Positions 1-9,713 of a stretch of DNA of 64,000 nucleotides are shown here, in pieces (positions within the stretch are counted from its first letter, which is position 1; each line of letters begins with the position of its first letter). The stretch is from an uncultured Nitrospiraceae bacterium. Lineage in GTDB: Bacteria > Nitrospirota > Nitrospiria > Nitrospirales > Nitrospiraceae. A program made the position numbers and the translations under genes. Below the pieces are notes generated by a model. It saw only the letters and a list, made by a program, of their open reading frames with translations. It searched no databases and was not told where the DNA came from. The DNA is taken from the NCBI GenBank assembly GCA_963706325.1, contig CAVPLT010000004.1:32001-96000 (forward strand). The letters are read 5' to 3'.

Positions 1-1190
1 AATTCGGCCACAGGAGCCACGAGCCCATAGGGCGCAAGGGGGCCTGCCTGTTTTAGAACACGCTCCTCTGCCGGAAGGTTGACGATACGGCTGACGACTA
101 GATCCGCGACGTCCTGACGGACCTTCTCTGTCGGCTGATCCTCGAGCACCCACTCGTTATGTTGATGAATGAGGACGTAGCGCTCATCGCGTGTCTTGAT
201 CGACAACAAGGCGATATCGCCAATGTCCACGCCGAGTAAGCGTTTATCCTGCAGTGTGAAAAGGTCCCTAGTGAGATCCTTGATGGCCGAGGGACTAATT
301 TTGTATATCGGGCCGTCGGGGATCGTCTGGGCATAGGCCTCGCCGCTGGCCGGGTCCGGCTGGAAGAGCCGCACGACTTGGTCAGCGCCTGCGGCATGCA
401 GAGTGATTTTAACTTTGGGCTTGGTAAGCAGTGGCGCAAGCTTATCCCGTTCCGGTCCTGGGTCAACGATGGCCAACGCCTTAAGATCTTCCAGGCGGAA
501 AAGCAGCGCTTGCACTTGGGTTCGGTCGCCCTCGGCCTCGATGGGATACCGAATCTTCCATTTCTTTTTGGGCCTTTCGTCGACTGCGTTGAGCACGATT
601 TCCGTTGTGGGATAAGTAAGGCGAAGTCGCTCCACATCTTGTTGGGCGAATGGCAGCACTTCCTTGCGGCGGAATGATAGTAAGGTTTTGTTGAGGAAGT
701 CCTTGGGCGCCAGGTCCGTCAAGAGCACTGCCTGGTCCGAGGCCCGCAACACATACAAACTGGAAGATAGGGGTCCTGCATCGCCGATGGATAGTGTTTC
801 CTGCCGACTCCCGGTCCCCACTGTGACGACCGTGGAAGCATGGTCCAGACCGAATGGGGTGAGCGAAACCGGATGCGCCTCGACAAGCCTCGAAACGTTT
901 CCTGTCACAAGAGCGCGGAGGAGCGCCTGCACCTGCCTCTGATCAGCGTCGGTATGAATTGGTTGGGAAATCGTCCACGACTGCCCGGGACCTTGAGTGA
1001 GAGCCACTTCTCCGGACTGACTCCGAACTGTCAACGTGGTAATGTCCGCCTCATTGAAGGGCAATATCCGCTTGGCCTGAGTGGCGGTCGTTTCTTCATG
1101 GCGTTGTTCGGGAAGTTCTATGAGATAGAGATACAGTCCAAGAGCTGCAAAGACGCTCGCCATCAGTAAGGTCGGCCAGTAGCGCCTCAT
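1..1190 (-). CDS. DUF4340-like membrane-anchored protein of the Gld-type ABC operon; 3' end runs off the window start
   Basis: Not in the ORF track. Manual translation from ATG at 1190 gives MRRYWPTLLMASVFAALGLYLYLIELPEQR..., open to base 1. It has an N-terminal TM anchor and repeated W-x-I-x-x-P...(F/Y)GL units, and starts 4 nt after the GldG-like stop. Confidence 0.8.
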   Translation of the reverse strand, partial: MRRYWPTLLMASVFAALGLYLYLIELPEQRHEETTATQAKRILPFNEADITTLTVRSQSGEVALTQGPGQSWTISQPIHTDADQRQVQALLRALVTGNVSRLVEAHPVSLTPFGLDHASTVVTVGTGSRQETLSIGDAGPLSSSLYVLRASDQAVLLTDLAPKDFLNKTLLSFRRKEVLPFAQQDVERLRLTYPTTEIVLNAVDERPKKKWKIRYPIEAEGDRTQVQALLFRLEDLKALAIVDPGPERDKLAPLLTKPKVKITLHAAGADQVVRLFQPDPASGEAYAQTIPDGPIYKISPSAIKDLTRDLFTLQDKRLLGVDIGDIALLSIKTRDERYVLIHQHNEWVLEDQPTEKVRQDVADLVVSRIVNLPAEERVLKQAGPLAPYGLVAPVAE

Positions 1191-1194
1191 GTGG

Positions 1195-2724
1195 TTATAA
1201 GCGCCGCCTTTTGCGCCAAACCAGAATGCCGCAGAGGATGGTCATGGCGGGGAGGAAAATGACCTGGAGATACAGCAGAATACGTTCCTGGAGCGGGTTG
1301 GGAGTAAATGGTCGCATTGCGGAGTCTTTGGGGGTGAGGGAAATGAGATCGCCCTCCTCCGTGAGCCATCCGATCGTCCGTTGAAAGAAATCGCTGTTGC
1401 CGACGAAGTTGATAAATCCATTACTGGCAAACGACGAGTTGCCGACGACTATCAAAGCAGGACGGGGTTTGCCTTCCTCGGGAGCCTGTTTTGGAGTCAA
1501 GGCTGCTGCCAATGCCAGGGGACCCTGGATGTCCTCCTTTGCGTCGTAGCTCACGACCCGACCCTTCATGTCGGTCTCGGCCCAACTACGTGGCGATGTT
1601 CTGGCCAGAGGGACATAGTCCCAGTCTTTCCCCTTGTCCTCATGGAAGATGAGATGGCGGGTAAGGGGGAATAAGACCGCGGCGGTCAGTTCATGGGTAA
1701 TTTCATGGTCGGTAAACGTGCGGACCAGGAGGGCAGTTAAATCGCCTTGGGCGAGTCTGTCTTGCAGGTCGACCAACACGCCGCGTCCCAACTCCATGCC
1801 CCAGGTATTCAATAAGTCATCCATGTCGGCCTGTGTATCAGGATCGACCAGCACGAGGAGACGTCCACCTTTGGCGACATACGCGCGAATGCGGTCCTTC
1901 TCTTCCTTGGTTACCGCTCGACGCGGTCCCGCGATGATCAACACCGCGGTATTTTCCGGTACCGCCGCTTCCTGCAGCAAAGAGAGGGTGCCGATGTCGT
2001 AGCCCTGTTTTTCCAATACTTCTTTGGTCAACGCCAATCCGCCACGGTCTCGATCGTCCAGGCTCCGCTCCCCATGACCTTCAAGAAATACGAGCCGTTT
2101 CTTAGTGTCTTTGGACACACGAAGCAGGGCGCCTGTAATTTCGACCTCAGCGGGAGAGGTAATTCGAACCGACTGGGGACCACTTTCGAAGATCGCAATG
2201 TCGGTTCTGGTGATGCCGTAATTCTGGGCCACCTTCGGTTGACGTTCGGGATCGATGAATTGAACGGTCAATTTGGGACTCGCTTGCCTGTAACTATCGA
2301 ACCGCTCTTTATAGGCCTGATAGCCGGGATCTTTTTCCCGGGTAAAGACCGTGATGCTGACATCTCTGGTCAGGCCACGAAGGACGCGATAAGTTTCCGG
2401 CGCGAGCGTGTAGTTCTGATTTTCGGAGAAATCCCACCGGATCGAATGCCGGGCTCCGAGGAAATTCACAATGGCTAAAATGGCGATAAAGAGCGCCACC
2501 ATGAGTGCGCTGTTGACCCCCATGCGGGTGGAGCGTTGGGCGATGAGGGTCTTCAGGCGGTCGAAATGGTTCGCGAAAAACCAGATAAGGCAGACCAGGG
2601 CCAGCGCTTCAAGGAGGGTGACGAGCCAGAGCGTTTCAGACATCAAGGAATAGGCGATCAAGCCGGCCACGGCCAAGCCGATACCGAGGGCGCCCACAGG
2701 AATGGTGCGGCGCGTTATTTCCAT
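1195..2724 (-). CDS. GldG-family ABC transporter auxiliary component
   Basis: Motifs RWDFSENQNYTL, FIDPE, FLEGHGE, LIIAGP and GNSDFF, with N- and C-terminal TM helices. Confidence 0.85.
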   Translation of the reverse strand: MEITRRTIPVGALGIGLAVAGLIAYSLMSETLWLVTLLEALALVCLIWFFANHFDRLKTLIAQRSTRMGVNSALMVALFIAILAIVNFLGARHSIRWDFSENQNYTLAPETYRVLRGLTRDVSITVFTREKDPGYQAYKERFDSYRQASPKLTVQFIDPERQPKVAQNYGITRTDIAIFESGPQSVRITSPAEVEITGALLRVSKDTKKRLVFLEGHGERSLDDRDRGGLALTKEVLEKQGYDIGTLSLLQEAAVPENTAVLIIAGPRRAVTKEEKDRIRAYVAKGGRLLVLVDPDTQADMDDLLNTWGMELGRGVLVDLQDRLAQGDLTALLVRTFTDHEITHELTAAVLFPLTRHLIFHEDKGKDWDYVPLARTSPRSWAETDMKGRVVSYDAKEDIQGPLALAAALTPKQAPEEGKPRPALIVVGNSSFASNGFINFVGNSDFFQRTIGWLTEEGDLISLTPKDSAMRPFTPNPLQERILLYLQVIFLPAMTILCGILVWRKRRRL

Positions 2725-3485
2725 CGTGAGGAATCCACAACCCGGTGCGCTAAGAACAGCATGAGGACGGTGCCGCTGACGTAATAAATGAGATCTTTGG
2801 TGTCGATCAAGCCACGGACCAGGTGGTCGAAGTGTTCCATGAACGAGAGATACGAGACGACATGGCCCACTGACGTATCACCCAGGAGCGATCCGAGCCC
2901 GGCGAGGAGCCAGCACATTAGGAGCAGCCCGAAGCTCGTAAAGGCCGCCACGATTTGGTTTTCGGTAATGGACGACGCAAAGAGGCCCACCGCAAGAAAC
3001 AACCCTCCGAGTAGCGTCAAGCCGAGATAACCAGTCAGGACAGGATACCAGTCGAAATCGCTAAAGAGCGCCAGAGTCAGCGGGACGAGCGTGGTCATGA
3101 GTAGCATCCCGATAAATACGAGAGCCACGCTCACGAATTTCCCCACAATGATGTCGCTGATTCGCACTGGAGCCGTCATCAAAAACTCGAAGGTGCGGAG
3201 TTTGCGTTCTTCGGCCAGCAGTCGCATCGTGAGGATAGGCAATATCAGCAGCAGGACGAATCGCATGCTGGTGAAAAGGTTGCGAAAGACCAAGTCGTTC
3301 AGATTGATCTGTGCCGTACCGCCCTGCATTTGCATCAACTGAATGGCTTGGGCTCCGGTAAAGACAATGTATAGGTAGGCCAGAAAGCCAAAGGTCAATA
3401 GGAATACCCCTCCGACCACGTAGACAATCGGCGAGACGAAGTACGTCCGTAGTTCCTTTGCGATAATTGCTTGAACGGGTGTCAT
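2715..3485 (-). CDS. ABC-2 type permease (GldF-like)
   Basis: KELRTYFVSPIVY, TMRLLAEERK..TFEFLMTAP and six hydrophobic segments. Confidence 0.9.
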   Translation of the reverse strand: MTPVQAIIAKELRTYFVSPIVYVVGGVFLLTFGFLAYLYIVFTGAQAIQLMQMQGGTAQINLNDLVFRNLFTSMRFVLLLILPILTMRLLAEERKLRTFEFLMTAPVRISDIIVGKFVSVALVFIGMLLMTTLVPLTLALFSDFDWYPVLTGYLGLTLLGGLFLAVGLFASSITENQIVAAFTSFGLLLMCWLLAGLGSLLGDTSVGHVVSYLSFMEHFDHLVRGLIDTKDLIYYVSGTVLMLFLAHRVVDSSRWK

Positions 3486-4453
3486 CAGTGTTGATTGATC
3501 TCGGTGCTGGAATCCGGCCTCGGCATGCCGTCTTCATGTTGAGTGAGTTGCAGGAACACGTCTTCCAAAGTCATGGAGATCGGTTTCATTTCAAGCAGCC
3601 CCCATTCGTTTGTGACGGCGAAGCGCGCCACCTCTTCTCGGATGTCCTTGCCCAGCGCACATTCGATGAGGATGGTGTGCGGATCGGGGGTTGCCAGCAC
3701 ATGCTCCACTCCGGTGACCTCATGGAATCGTTCGAGCGCGTTGAGCGGCGGGGCCTTCAGGGTGATGCTGATCTTTTCCGAACGTCGTAATCTGGCCGAG
3801 AGCTGGTTCGGGGTATCTTCGGCGACGATTCGACCACCATTGATGATGACCACGCGTTGGCAGACGGCGGTCGCTTCTGGAAGAATGTGTGTGCTCAAGA
3901 TGACCGAGTGTGAGCCGGTCAGACTCTTGATCAGTTCTCTGATTTCAATGATTTGTTTCGGATCGAGGCCGACGGTAGGCTCGTCCAAAATCAACACCGG
4001 TGGATCGTGGATCAGCGCTTGCGCCAGACCAACGCGCTGCCGGTACCCACGCGACAGGTTGGCGATGAGCCGGCGTCGGACCGAACCCAAAGACAGTCGC
4101 TCCATCACGCGATCCATTGCCGTGGTCAGGCCGACACCGCTGAGGCCGCGGAGTTTGCCCACGAAGGAGAGATATTCGCAGACGGTCAGCTCCTGATACA
4201 CCGGCGGTGTTTCAGGCAAGTAGCCGATTCGTTTCTTGACCTCTTCGGCTTGGTCCGCACAGTCGAAGCCGGCGACGTGCGCCGACCCTTCTGTTGCCGG
4301 CATGAAGCAGGTAAGAATGCGCATGGTCGTGGTTTTTCCCGCGCCATTCGGGCCCAAGAATGCCAGCACCTCACCTTTTTCGACGCGAAAGGTCACCCGG
4401 TCGATTGCGGTGAGGTTTCCGTACCGTTTTGTAATATCGCGAACTTCGATCAT
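3485..4453 (-). CDS. ABC transporter ATP-binding protein (GldA-like)
   Basis: Walker [10 protein letters not shown], signature LSRGYRQR, Walker B LILDEPT. Confidence 0.95.
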   Translation of the reverse strand: MIEVRDITKRYGNLTAIDRVTFRVEKGEVLAFLGPNGAGKTTTMRILTCFMPATEGSAHVAGFDCADQAEEVKKRIGYLPETPPVYQELTVCEYLSFVGKLRGLSGVGLTTAMDRVMERLSLGSVRRRLIANLSRGYRQRVGLAQALIHDPPVLILDEPTVGLDPKQIIEIRELIKSLTGSHSVILSTHILPEATAVCQRVVIINGGRIVAEDTPNQLSARLRRSEKISITLKAPPLNALERFHEVTGVEHVLATPDPHTILIECALGKDIREEVARFAVTNEWGLLEMKPISMTLEDVFLQLTQHEDGMPRPDSSTEINQH

Positions 4454-4531
4454 GCAGTCGGCATAAGCGGCTGGATGGGTCTGCTGTCTGTTGATTGCTG
4501 ATACAAAGCGTGGTGTGGCAAATCGGGGCTG

Positions 4532-4560
4532 ATCTTAACGACCGCCTTCGATGCAGTCAA
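4532..4560 (-). promoter_or_regulatory. Putative sigma70 promoter of the ABC operon
   Basis: TTGACT-N17-TAAGAT on the minus strand. Confidence 0.6.
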
Positions 4561-4612
4561 GGGAGGCACGCAGATCCCTTTTGATAGCGGAGTAAAAAAG
4601 GCGTCATCTGGC

Positions 4613-4641
4613 TTTACAGCCTGAGTCGTAACTGCTACAGT
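4613..4641 (+). promoter_or_regulatory. Putative sigma70 promoter, divergent from the ABC operon
   Basis: TTTACA-N17-TACAGT with an extended -10 TG. Confidence 0.5.
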
Positions 4642-4688
4642 TCCGCGAATTTATGTGACGTTGCACCGCACGACGGACGAGGTGAGGG

Positions 4689-5054
4689 ATGAAGCAGCCG
4701 CGACCGAGCTTGTTAGGTGTGTTGGTGATTGGGGCATTACTCTGTGTGGCATTCGCAGGCCTCGGTAGCCTCTTGAATTCAGTTTATGCCGCAAATAGCA
4801 CCGTGCATGAAATTAGAGGGACGGTCCAATCCGTCACTCCCGGGGATACGCCTCCTGTCGTTGTGATAAGGGGGCTTCATGGGCACAAGGAAGAAATCGT
4901 CGTTGGGGCGATGGTTCAGCAAGGTGCCACCGTTCTGCGTGGGAAAAGAAAGATTGGTCTCGATCAGATTCATGTGGGAGATGACGTGACATTAAAGTAC
5001 GTCAAAACGCGTGAGGGACTCGCCGTTCGTTCGATAGTGCTCCACCGTAAGTAA
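4689..5054 (+). CDS. Exported hypothetical protein, beta-rich (OB-fold-like)
   Basis: SD-like GAGGTGAGGG, signal peptide, and GTVQSV...IHVGDDVTLKY pattern. Confidence 0.7.
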   Translation: MKQPRPSLLGVLVIGALLCVAFAGLGSLLNSVYAANSTVHEIRGTVQSVTPGDTPPVVVIRGLHGHKEEIVVGAMVQQGATVLRGKRKIGLDQIHVGDDVTLKYVKTREGLAVRSIVLHRK

Positions 5055-5108
5055 GAAAATGCATGGCATGATGGCGGTGTCTCGTTCATAAGGAGGAAGA
5101 GAAATTCT

Positions 5109-5768
5109 ATGATTCGACAGCATGGGGTGCGGGGGATGTCTGCGCCGGTGACCGTCGGGTTGTTGCTACTGCTGGGCTGTTCGGGAAAGGGCGATGTCAT
5201 TCCGATGAACCTGAATCCGAAGCCGCTGACAGAGAGCAATGCTGCCAGCCGGGCAGCGAAGTTGATGCCTGGCCCTCGAGTGATGGTGATCCCGTTCGAC
5301 GATCAACGGGGGGACCGAACCAACGTCGGGGGCCGGAGTTCGATGTGGGGCGGCGAAAGCCATTTCAGTGTGTCGAATGGCACCGCAGGAGAAGCTACAG
5401 CTCAGGCATTTGCCGACTATTTGAAGGGTAAGGGTTGGCAAGCTCAATACGCGAAAAGCGAGCCAGCGGAATCTGAAAACGGCCCGGACATTGTATTGAC
5501 CGGCAAAATTCTCGATTTAGTCGTTCATGCTAAGAAGGGTTTTTTCCTCACGGATATTGAAGCGAAAAGTAAGCTTATTATTCAGGCAAGCAACCGTCAA
5601 GATACCAGCTCGCTTACAAGAACAGACGCGCACTCAGGCAGCCATGACAACGTGTTGTGGTTTGAGCCGGAGGATGGCGAGCAGATCCTCGCTGAAGTGC
5701 TGGAAAAGAATTTTGAACGGTTTCTCAGCAATACCAAGGTTGAGGGTCGGGCCATACGGTTTCGCTAG
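5109..5768 (+). CDS. Putative lipoprotein
   Basis: SD AGGAGG and lipobox LLLLLGC; start could be 5136. Confidence 0.75.
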   Translation: MIRQHGVRGMSAPVTVGLLLLLGCSGKGDVIPMNLNPKPLTESNAASRAAKLMPGPRVMVIPFDDQRGDRTNVGGRSSMWGGESHFSVSNGTAGEATAQAFADYLKGKGWQAQYAKSEPAESENGPDIVLTGKILDLVVHAKKGFFLTDIEAKSKLIIQASNRQDTSSLTRTDAHSGSHDNVLWFEPEDGEQILAEVLEKNFERFLSNTKVEGRAIRFR

Positions 5769-5965
5769 TTGGCTTGAGTCTGCGGGTTCACCGACCAGGT
5801 GTGAATGATGTGAGATTCGTGGAGTAATGGACTTTCAATCATTGGTAGGGGAGTCTTCCTACCCTAACGGTATTGTTGCGAACAAGAATCCCCAGTAGTC
5901 TGAAGCCATGGTGCGCGAGGGTGACAAGCACCTTGTGAGATTCAAGTTTCACATGAGGTACATCC

Positions 5966-6625
5966 ATGGATAAGCCATTCCGGAATGCTTTGCATCGCAA
6001 AGCTGGGTATGCCGCGGTTCCATTGGCCGGGTACCTGTTGTTTAGTGCCTGTTCTTTCTTGCCTAAAGGTGAACTCCATCTTGATCTTGGCATAAAAGAT
6101 CGCGGAGTCGCCTCATGGTACGGAAAGGAATTTCATGGGAAACTCGCCGCAAATGGGGAAGTCTTCGATATGACAGCGTTTACGGCTGCTCATCGCAAAT
6201 TGCCGCTAGGCAGTATAGTCCGTGTAATTAACCTAGAAAATGGGAAATTCGTTCAAGTTCGAATCAACGATCGAGGCCCTTACGTGATCGGCCGAATGTT
6301 GGATCTATCTCATGCAGCGGCTCGTGAGCTTGGTATGATAGAGGCCGGCACAACAGCCGTACAAATTGAGGTGATCGGCAACCATCGTCCGGTCGCGCCT
6401 GTCCCGGTAGGGAAAACCTCTACTGTCGCAGGACTACTGTTAACTAGTGATACCAGTCTGGTGAGACAGCGCGGTCGGCAGCAAGTAGGATTTGAGGTGC
6501 CCTCTCTTCCTGTGAGAATGAATCCAGGTGAAGCTTTATACGTGCGACGTGAACGCCGTATTGGTAGCATACTTGCCGCCGACCATACGGCTCACAATAC
6601 AGTTCCAGTGCTAATCGTTTCCTAA
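5966..6625 (+). CDS. rlpA: Septal ring lytic transglycosylase RlpA-family lipoprotein
   Basis: [44 protein letters not shown]; lipobox LFSAC. Confidence 0.9.
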   Translation: MDKPFRNALHRKAGYAAVPLAGYLLFSACSFLPKGELHLDLGIKDRGVASWYGKEFHGKLAANGEVFDMTAFTAAHRKLPLGSIVRVINLENGKFVQVRINDRGPYVIGRMLDLSHAAARELGMIEAGTTAVQIEVIGNHRPVAPVPVGKTSTVAGLLLTSDTSLVRQRGRQQVGFEVPSLPVRMNPGEALYVRRERRIGSILAADHTAHNTVPVLIVS

Positions 6626-6650
6626 CTCTTCGCCTACTGCGTTCCATCAG

Positions 6651-6680
6651 TTGACACTCCCGTATACACTTGATTAGACT
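6651..6680 (+). promoter_or_regulatory. Putative sigma70 promoter
   Basis: TTGACA-N18-TAGACT upstream of the small basic ORF. Confidence 0.55.
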
Positions 6681-6753
6681 GCCTGCTGCACGTGACGTAG
6701 GTTTGCATCGTCACTCCTATTCTCGATTTTAATTGTTGGAGGTTAAGGGCTGC

Positions 6754-6957
6754 ATGGCAAAGAAACCGACCGATGAATCAGATGAAACCAGGCTCAAAAA
6801 GAAAATCGCGGTGCGAGTGAAAGAGGAAAAGAAGCTTTCGGGAGATCCTGCGGCGCGTTCTTTACGCAAACGACTCAAGCGCGTGCAACGAAAACGCCGT
6901 GCTCTTTCGTTAAGAAAGAAACATGCAGCTGGAAAGCAACCAGAAACTAAATCTTAG
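6754..6957 (+). CDS. Small highly basic hypothetical protein (67 aa)
   Basis: GGAGG at 6738-6742, ATG at 6754; 25 of 67 residues are K/R. Confidence 0.7.
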   Translation: MAKKPTDESDETRLKKKIAVRVKEEKKLSGDPAARSLRKRLKRVQRKRRALSLRKKHAAGKQPETKS

Positions 6958-7017
6958 CAGGCTTCTGACGAGGGGCTGATCGTTACCTTCATTCTGTGCG
7001 CAACAAGGAAGATTGCT

Positions 7018-7848
7018 ATGGAACAAGCTGGTGAAAAAACAGAACAGGCCCAGGCTGCTTCCCCTGCTGGCCAGGTCACGGACGAGACCCTGACAGATCA
7101 GCTTTCAGACCAACTTGCCACCTCGTTGGATTCTACGAATGAGGGGCAGGACATCACTGATCCTATTCAGGAAGTAGCACTTGAAGAAGAACAAGTGAAG
7201 GATGAGATCGATATCCAAATCGATCTTCTCAAGGATCCTGACTGGGTGGTAAGGCGAGAGGCTGCGATTACGCTGGGAGAAATGGGTGACGAGCGTTGTG
7301 TGGAACCACTCGCCGCTGCGCTGCGAGATGGTGATTGGCAGGTTCGAGAGGTCGTGGTTGAAGGCCTCGGGCAGATCGGTTCTCCAGCGGTTGATGTATT
7401 GCTCAAGCTACTTCGCGATTGGGATGTGCGCAAATCTGCCATTATCGCATTAGGCAAGATTCGTGACGAACGGGTCCTGGAACCGTTGATGCAGCAGCTT
7501 CGTAATGATGAATTCATGGAGGATGCCACGGATGCGTTAGTCAATCTTGGTGAACCATCGTTGCCAGGTTTGATCAAGGCATTGAAGGACAAGGAAGAGT
7601 TGGTTCGAAAACAAGCAGTGATTGCGCTGGGTCGGATTAAGTCACCGGAAGCAATCGATCCGTTGATTGAAATGTTGCAAAACAAGGACTGGTTTACTCG
7701 CTTAACGGCTGCTGCCGCACTTGAGGCTATCGGCCATGAACGGGGTCGCGAGGCGATCAAGCCCCTCCTAAAAGACAGCGATATGGTGGTCAAAATGAGA
7801 GTTGAGCGGATTCTCGCCAAGTGGAAAAAGCAACCGGCCACTGTGTAA
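7018..7848 (+). CDS. HEAT-repeat (PBS lyase-like) protein with acidic N-terminus
   Basis: Repeats such as L.D.DW.VRR.AA..LGE.GD.R.VEPL. Confidence 0.9.
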   Translation: MEQAGEKTEQAQAASPAGQVTDETLTDQLSDQLATSLDSTNEGQDITDPIQEVALEEEQVKDEIDIQIDLLKDPDWVVRREAAITLGEMGDERCVEPLAAALRDGDWQVREVVVEGLGQIGSPAVDVLLKLLRDWDVRKSAIIALGKIRDERVLEPLMQQLRNDEFMEDATDALVNLGEPSLPGLIKALKDKEELVRKQAVIALGRIKSPEAIDPLIEMLQNKDWFTRLTAAAALEAIGHERGREAIKPLLKDSDMVVKMRVERILAKWKKQPATV

Positions 7849-7856
7849 AACGAGCA

Positions 7857-8291
7857 TCATTTACGTAGGAGTCCATCCAGTTCCCTTTGAATCTCATCTA
7901 GTTTAGTGGGAGATACCTTCTTACCGAGAGAGAGCTCAAGCCGAAGTTCCCTTATTTTACCCATCAGCTCTCTGATTTGAGTCTCAGGATAGATCTGTTT
8001 TGCTCCTCTCGTAATCGTCTCCAGTGAGATCACCGCCTCGCCTAATTCCGTTGAAGCTTCGGTCGTATTTTTATTGAACAGTTCGGCTTTCGCCTGTATG
8101 ACTCGACCTTTTGCCTCTACAAGGCTTTGACGTCGGTGGAAGTCCCGCTCGATCCCAAGGGTGGTGTCCACCATATTTCGAGAAAAATCCTTCACTGTTT
8201 GCTCAAGGTTATTCGTGGGCGATGTGCCCCAGAGATAGCCGAACCAAAATGCCAGGGCGAGGAGGACCACTAGGCCAATAAACCTGAGCAT
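7857..8291 (-). CDS. Membrane-anchored helical hypothetical protein
   Basis: N-terminal TM helix followed by an amphipathic helical body; fills the gap between convergent genes. Confidence 0.7.
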   Translation of the reverse strand: MLRFIGLVVLLALAFWFGYLWGTSPTNNLEQTVKDFSRNMVDTTLGIERDFHRRQSLVEAKGRVIQAKAELFNKNTTEASTELGEAVISLETITRGAKQIYPETQIRELMGKIRELRLELSLGKKVSPTKLDEIQRELDGLLRK

Positions 8292-8305
8292 TGCTGTTGT
8301 CAGCC

Positions 8306-9712
8306 CTAGCGGGCGCTCCCTTGTGCATCATTTCGCGACAGCACCTGAAATAGGCTTCCGGCAGAAGCGATACGCACGGCGGCATCCGAATCCTGGAGCC
8401 CCGTTTTGAGGGAAGCGATCACTGACGGCAGCCGTGATCTGCCCAGCGCGCGGGCGGCCAGAAGGCGAGGAAGTGGTTGTTGATCTTTGAGCAAGCTCTC
8501 AAGGATCGGCAGTGCATTGGGGGTCGTGGCGGCTGCCAAGGCTTGCGCCGTCCCTCCTCGAATTGACGGGTCAGGATGTCGGGCAAGATCCGCTGCATGT
8601 AGAATCGCGCCGGCGTCACCCAAGCGCAACAGAGCTTCTACTGCGCTGATACGCACATGTTCGTCTGGGTCTCGTAACAAAGGTTGGATGACGGCGCGCG
8701 TATCAGCACCTCCCAGCCGCCCAAGACTTGATGCTGCGACCGCTCGAACGCGTGGATTATCATCACCCACGGAATGTGTTAAGGGAGCGATCCCGTCGAC
8801 GCTGCCGAATTCTCCCAACGCCCCGGCTGCGAAAGCGCGAACAGCCGGATGAGGGTCATATACAGCTTGACTGAGGACCGAGATGCTTCGAGGGCGGCGC
8901 AGACGACCTAATATCCCTACTGCTGCCATTCGCACTTCAGGGTCCGGTAGCGTGACGGCGTTGGAGATATCCGTCAGTACATCCGTGCGCCCGAGTTTGT
9001 ATAGGCCGGCCAAGGCAAAAATGGATTCGGGCCCTTCATCGACTCGCGCAATTTCAGTGAGCTGATCAACAATACTGGATACTTTGGCATCACCGAGCGC
9101 ATTAATTGCGGCAATACGCACGCCGGGTGCTTCATCGCGCAGTGCCCGCTTCAGGGCCGAGGACTGTGCTGCCATGCCGCTCCGCCCAATTGCCTCACCG
9201 GCGCGGGCACGTACCAAGGCTGATGAATCCAGCAGGCCGTCCTCAAGAATCGGCAACGTGTCGCTCGCGCCCATGTCCGCCAGGGCTGTATAGGCGGCAA
9301 TGCGGATATGCTCCTGGGGATCGCGGACGCGGGCGACAACAAAACTCCGCGCGAGATCACGTAACAGTCTGACGTCGTCTGGACGGTTGGTCACGACGTG
9401 TCGAGAGTACAGTTTCCAAGCTTCCTCAGGTTTCCCCAGCTTCAAAAGGCTCATGACGGCATAACGAACCAACTCCCGGCTTGGTTCTTCGTCGGCTGGA
9501 AGGCTTTGGAGGAGCTGTAACACGCCGTCATACTCTCCGGCCTGATACCGTTTCGACGCCTGTCGCTCGAATGGGACGTGGGAAGATTTCGGCGAACTCG
9601 AGGCTCCAGTTGCCGGAACGGGAAGAATCCACGAAAGTAGAAGCAACCCGATGGGAACAGTCCATTTAGTGAAATGAGGGTGTCGCCAAGCTACGTATCC
9701 CCGGTAGATCAC
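8306..9712 (-). CDS. Exported HEAT-repeat protein with TPR-like N-terminus (start uncertain)
   Basis: About ten repeats of D...VR..AA..LG; signal-like segment; GTG at 9712 directly after the glgP stop. Confidence 0.85.
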   Translation of the reverse strand: MIYRGYVAWRHPHFTKWTVPIGLLLLSWILPVPATGASSSPKSSHVPFERQASKRYQAGEYDGVLQLLQSLPADEEPSRELVRYAVMSLLKLGKPEEAWKLYSRHVVTNRPDDVRLLRDLARSFVVARVRDPQEHIRIAAYTALADMGASDTLPILEDGLLDSSALVRARAGEAIGRSGMAAQSSALKRALRDEAPGVRIAAINALGDAKVSSIVDQLTEIARVDEGPESIFALAGLYKLGRTDVLTDISNAVTLPDPEVRMAAVGILGRLRRPRSISVLSQAVYDPHPAVRAFAAGALGEFGSVDGIAPLTHSVGDDNPRVRAVAASSLGRLGGADTRAVIQPLLRDPDEHVRISAVEALLRLGDAGAILHAADLARHPDPSIRGGTAQALAAATTPNALPILESLLKDQQPLPRLLAARALGRSRLPSVIASLKTGLQDSDAAVRIASAGSLFQVLSRNDAQGSAR

Positions 9713-9713
9713 A

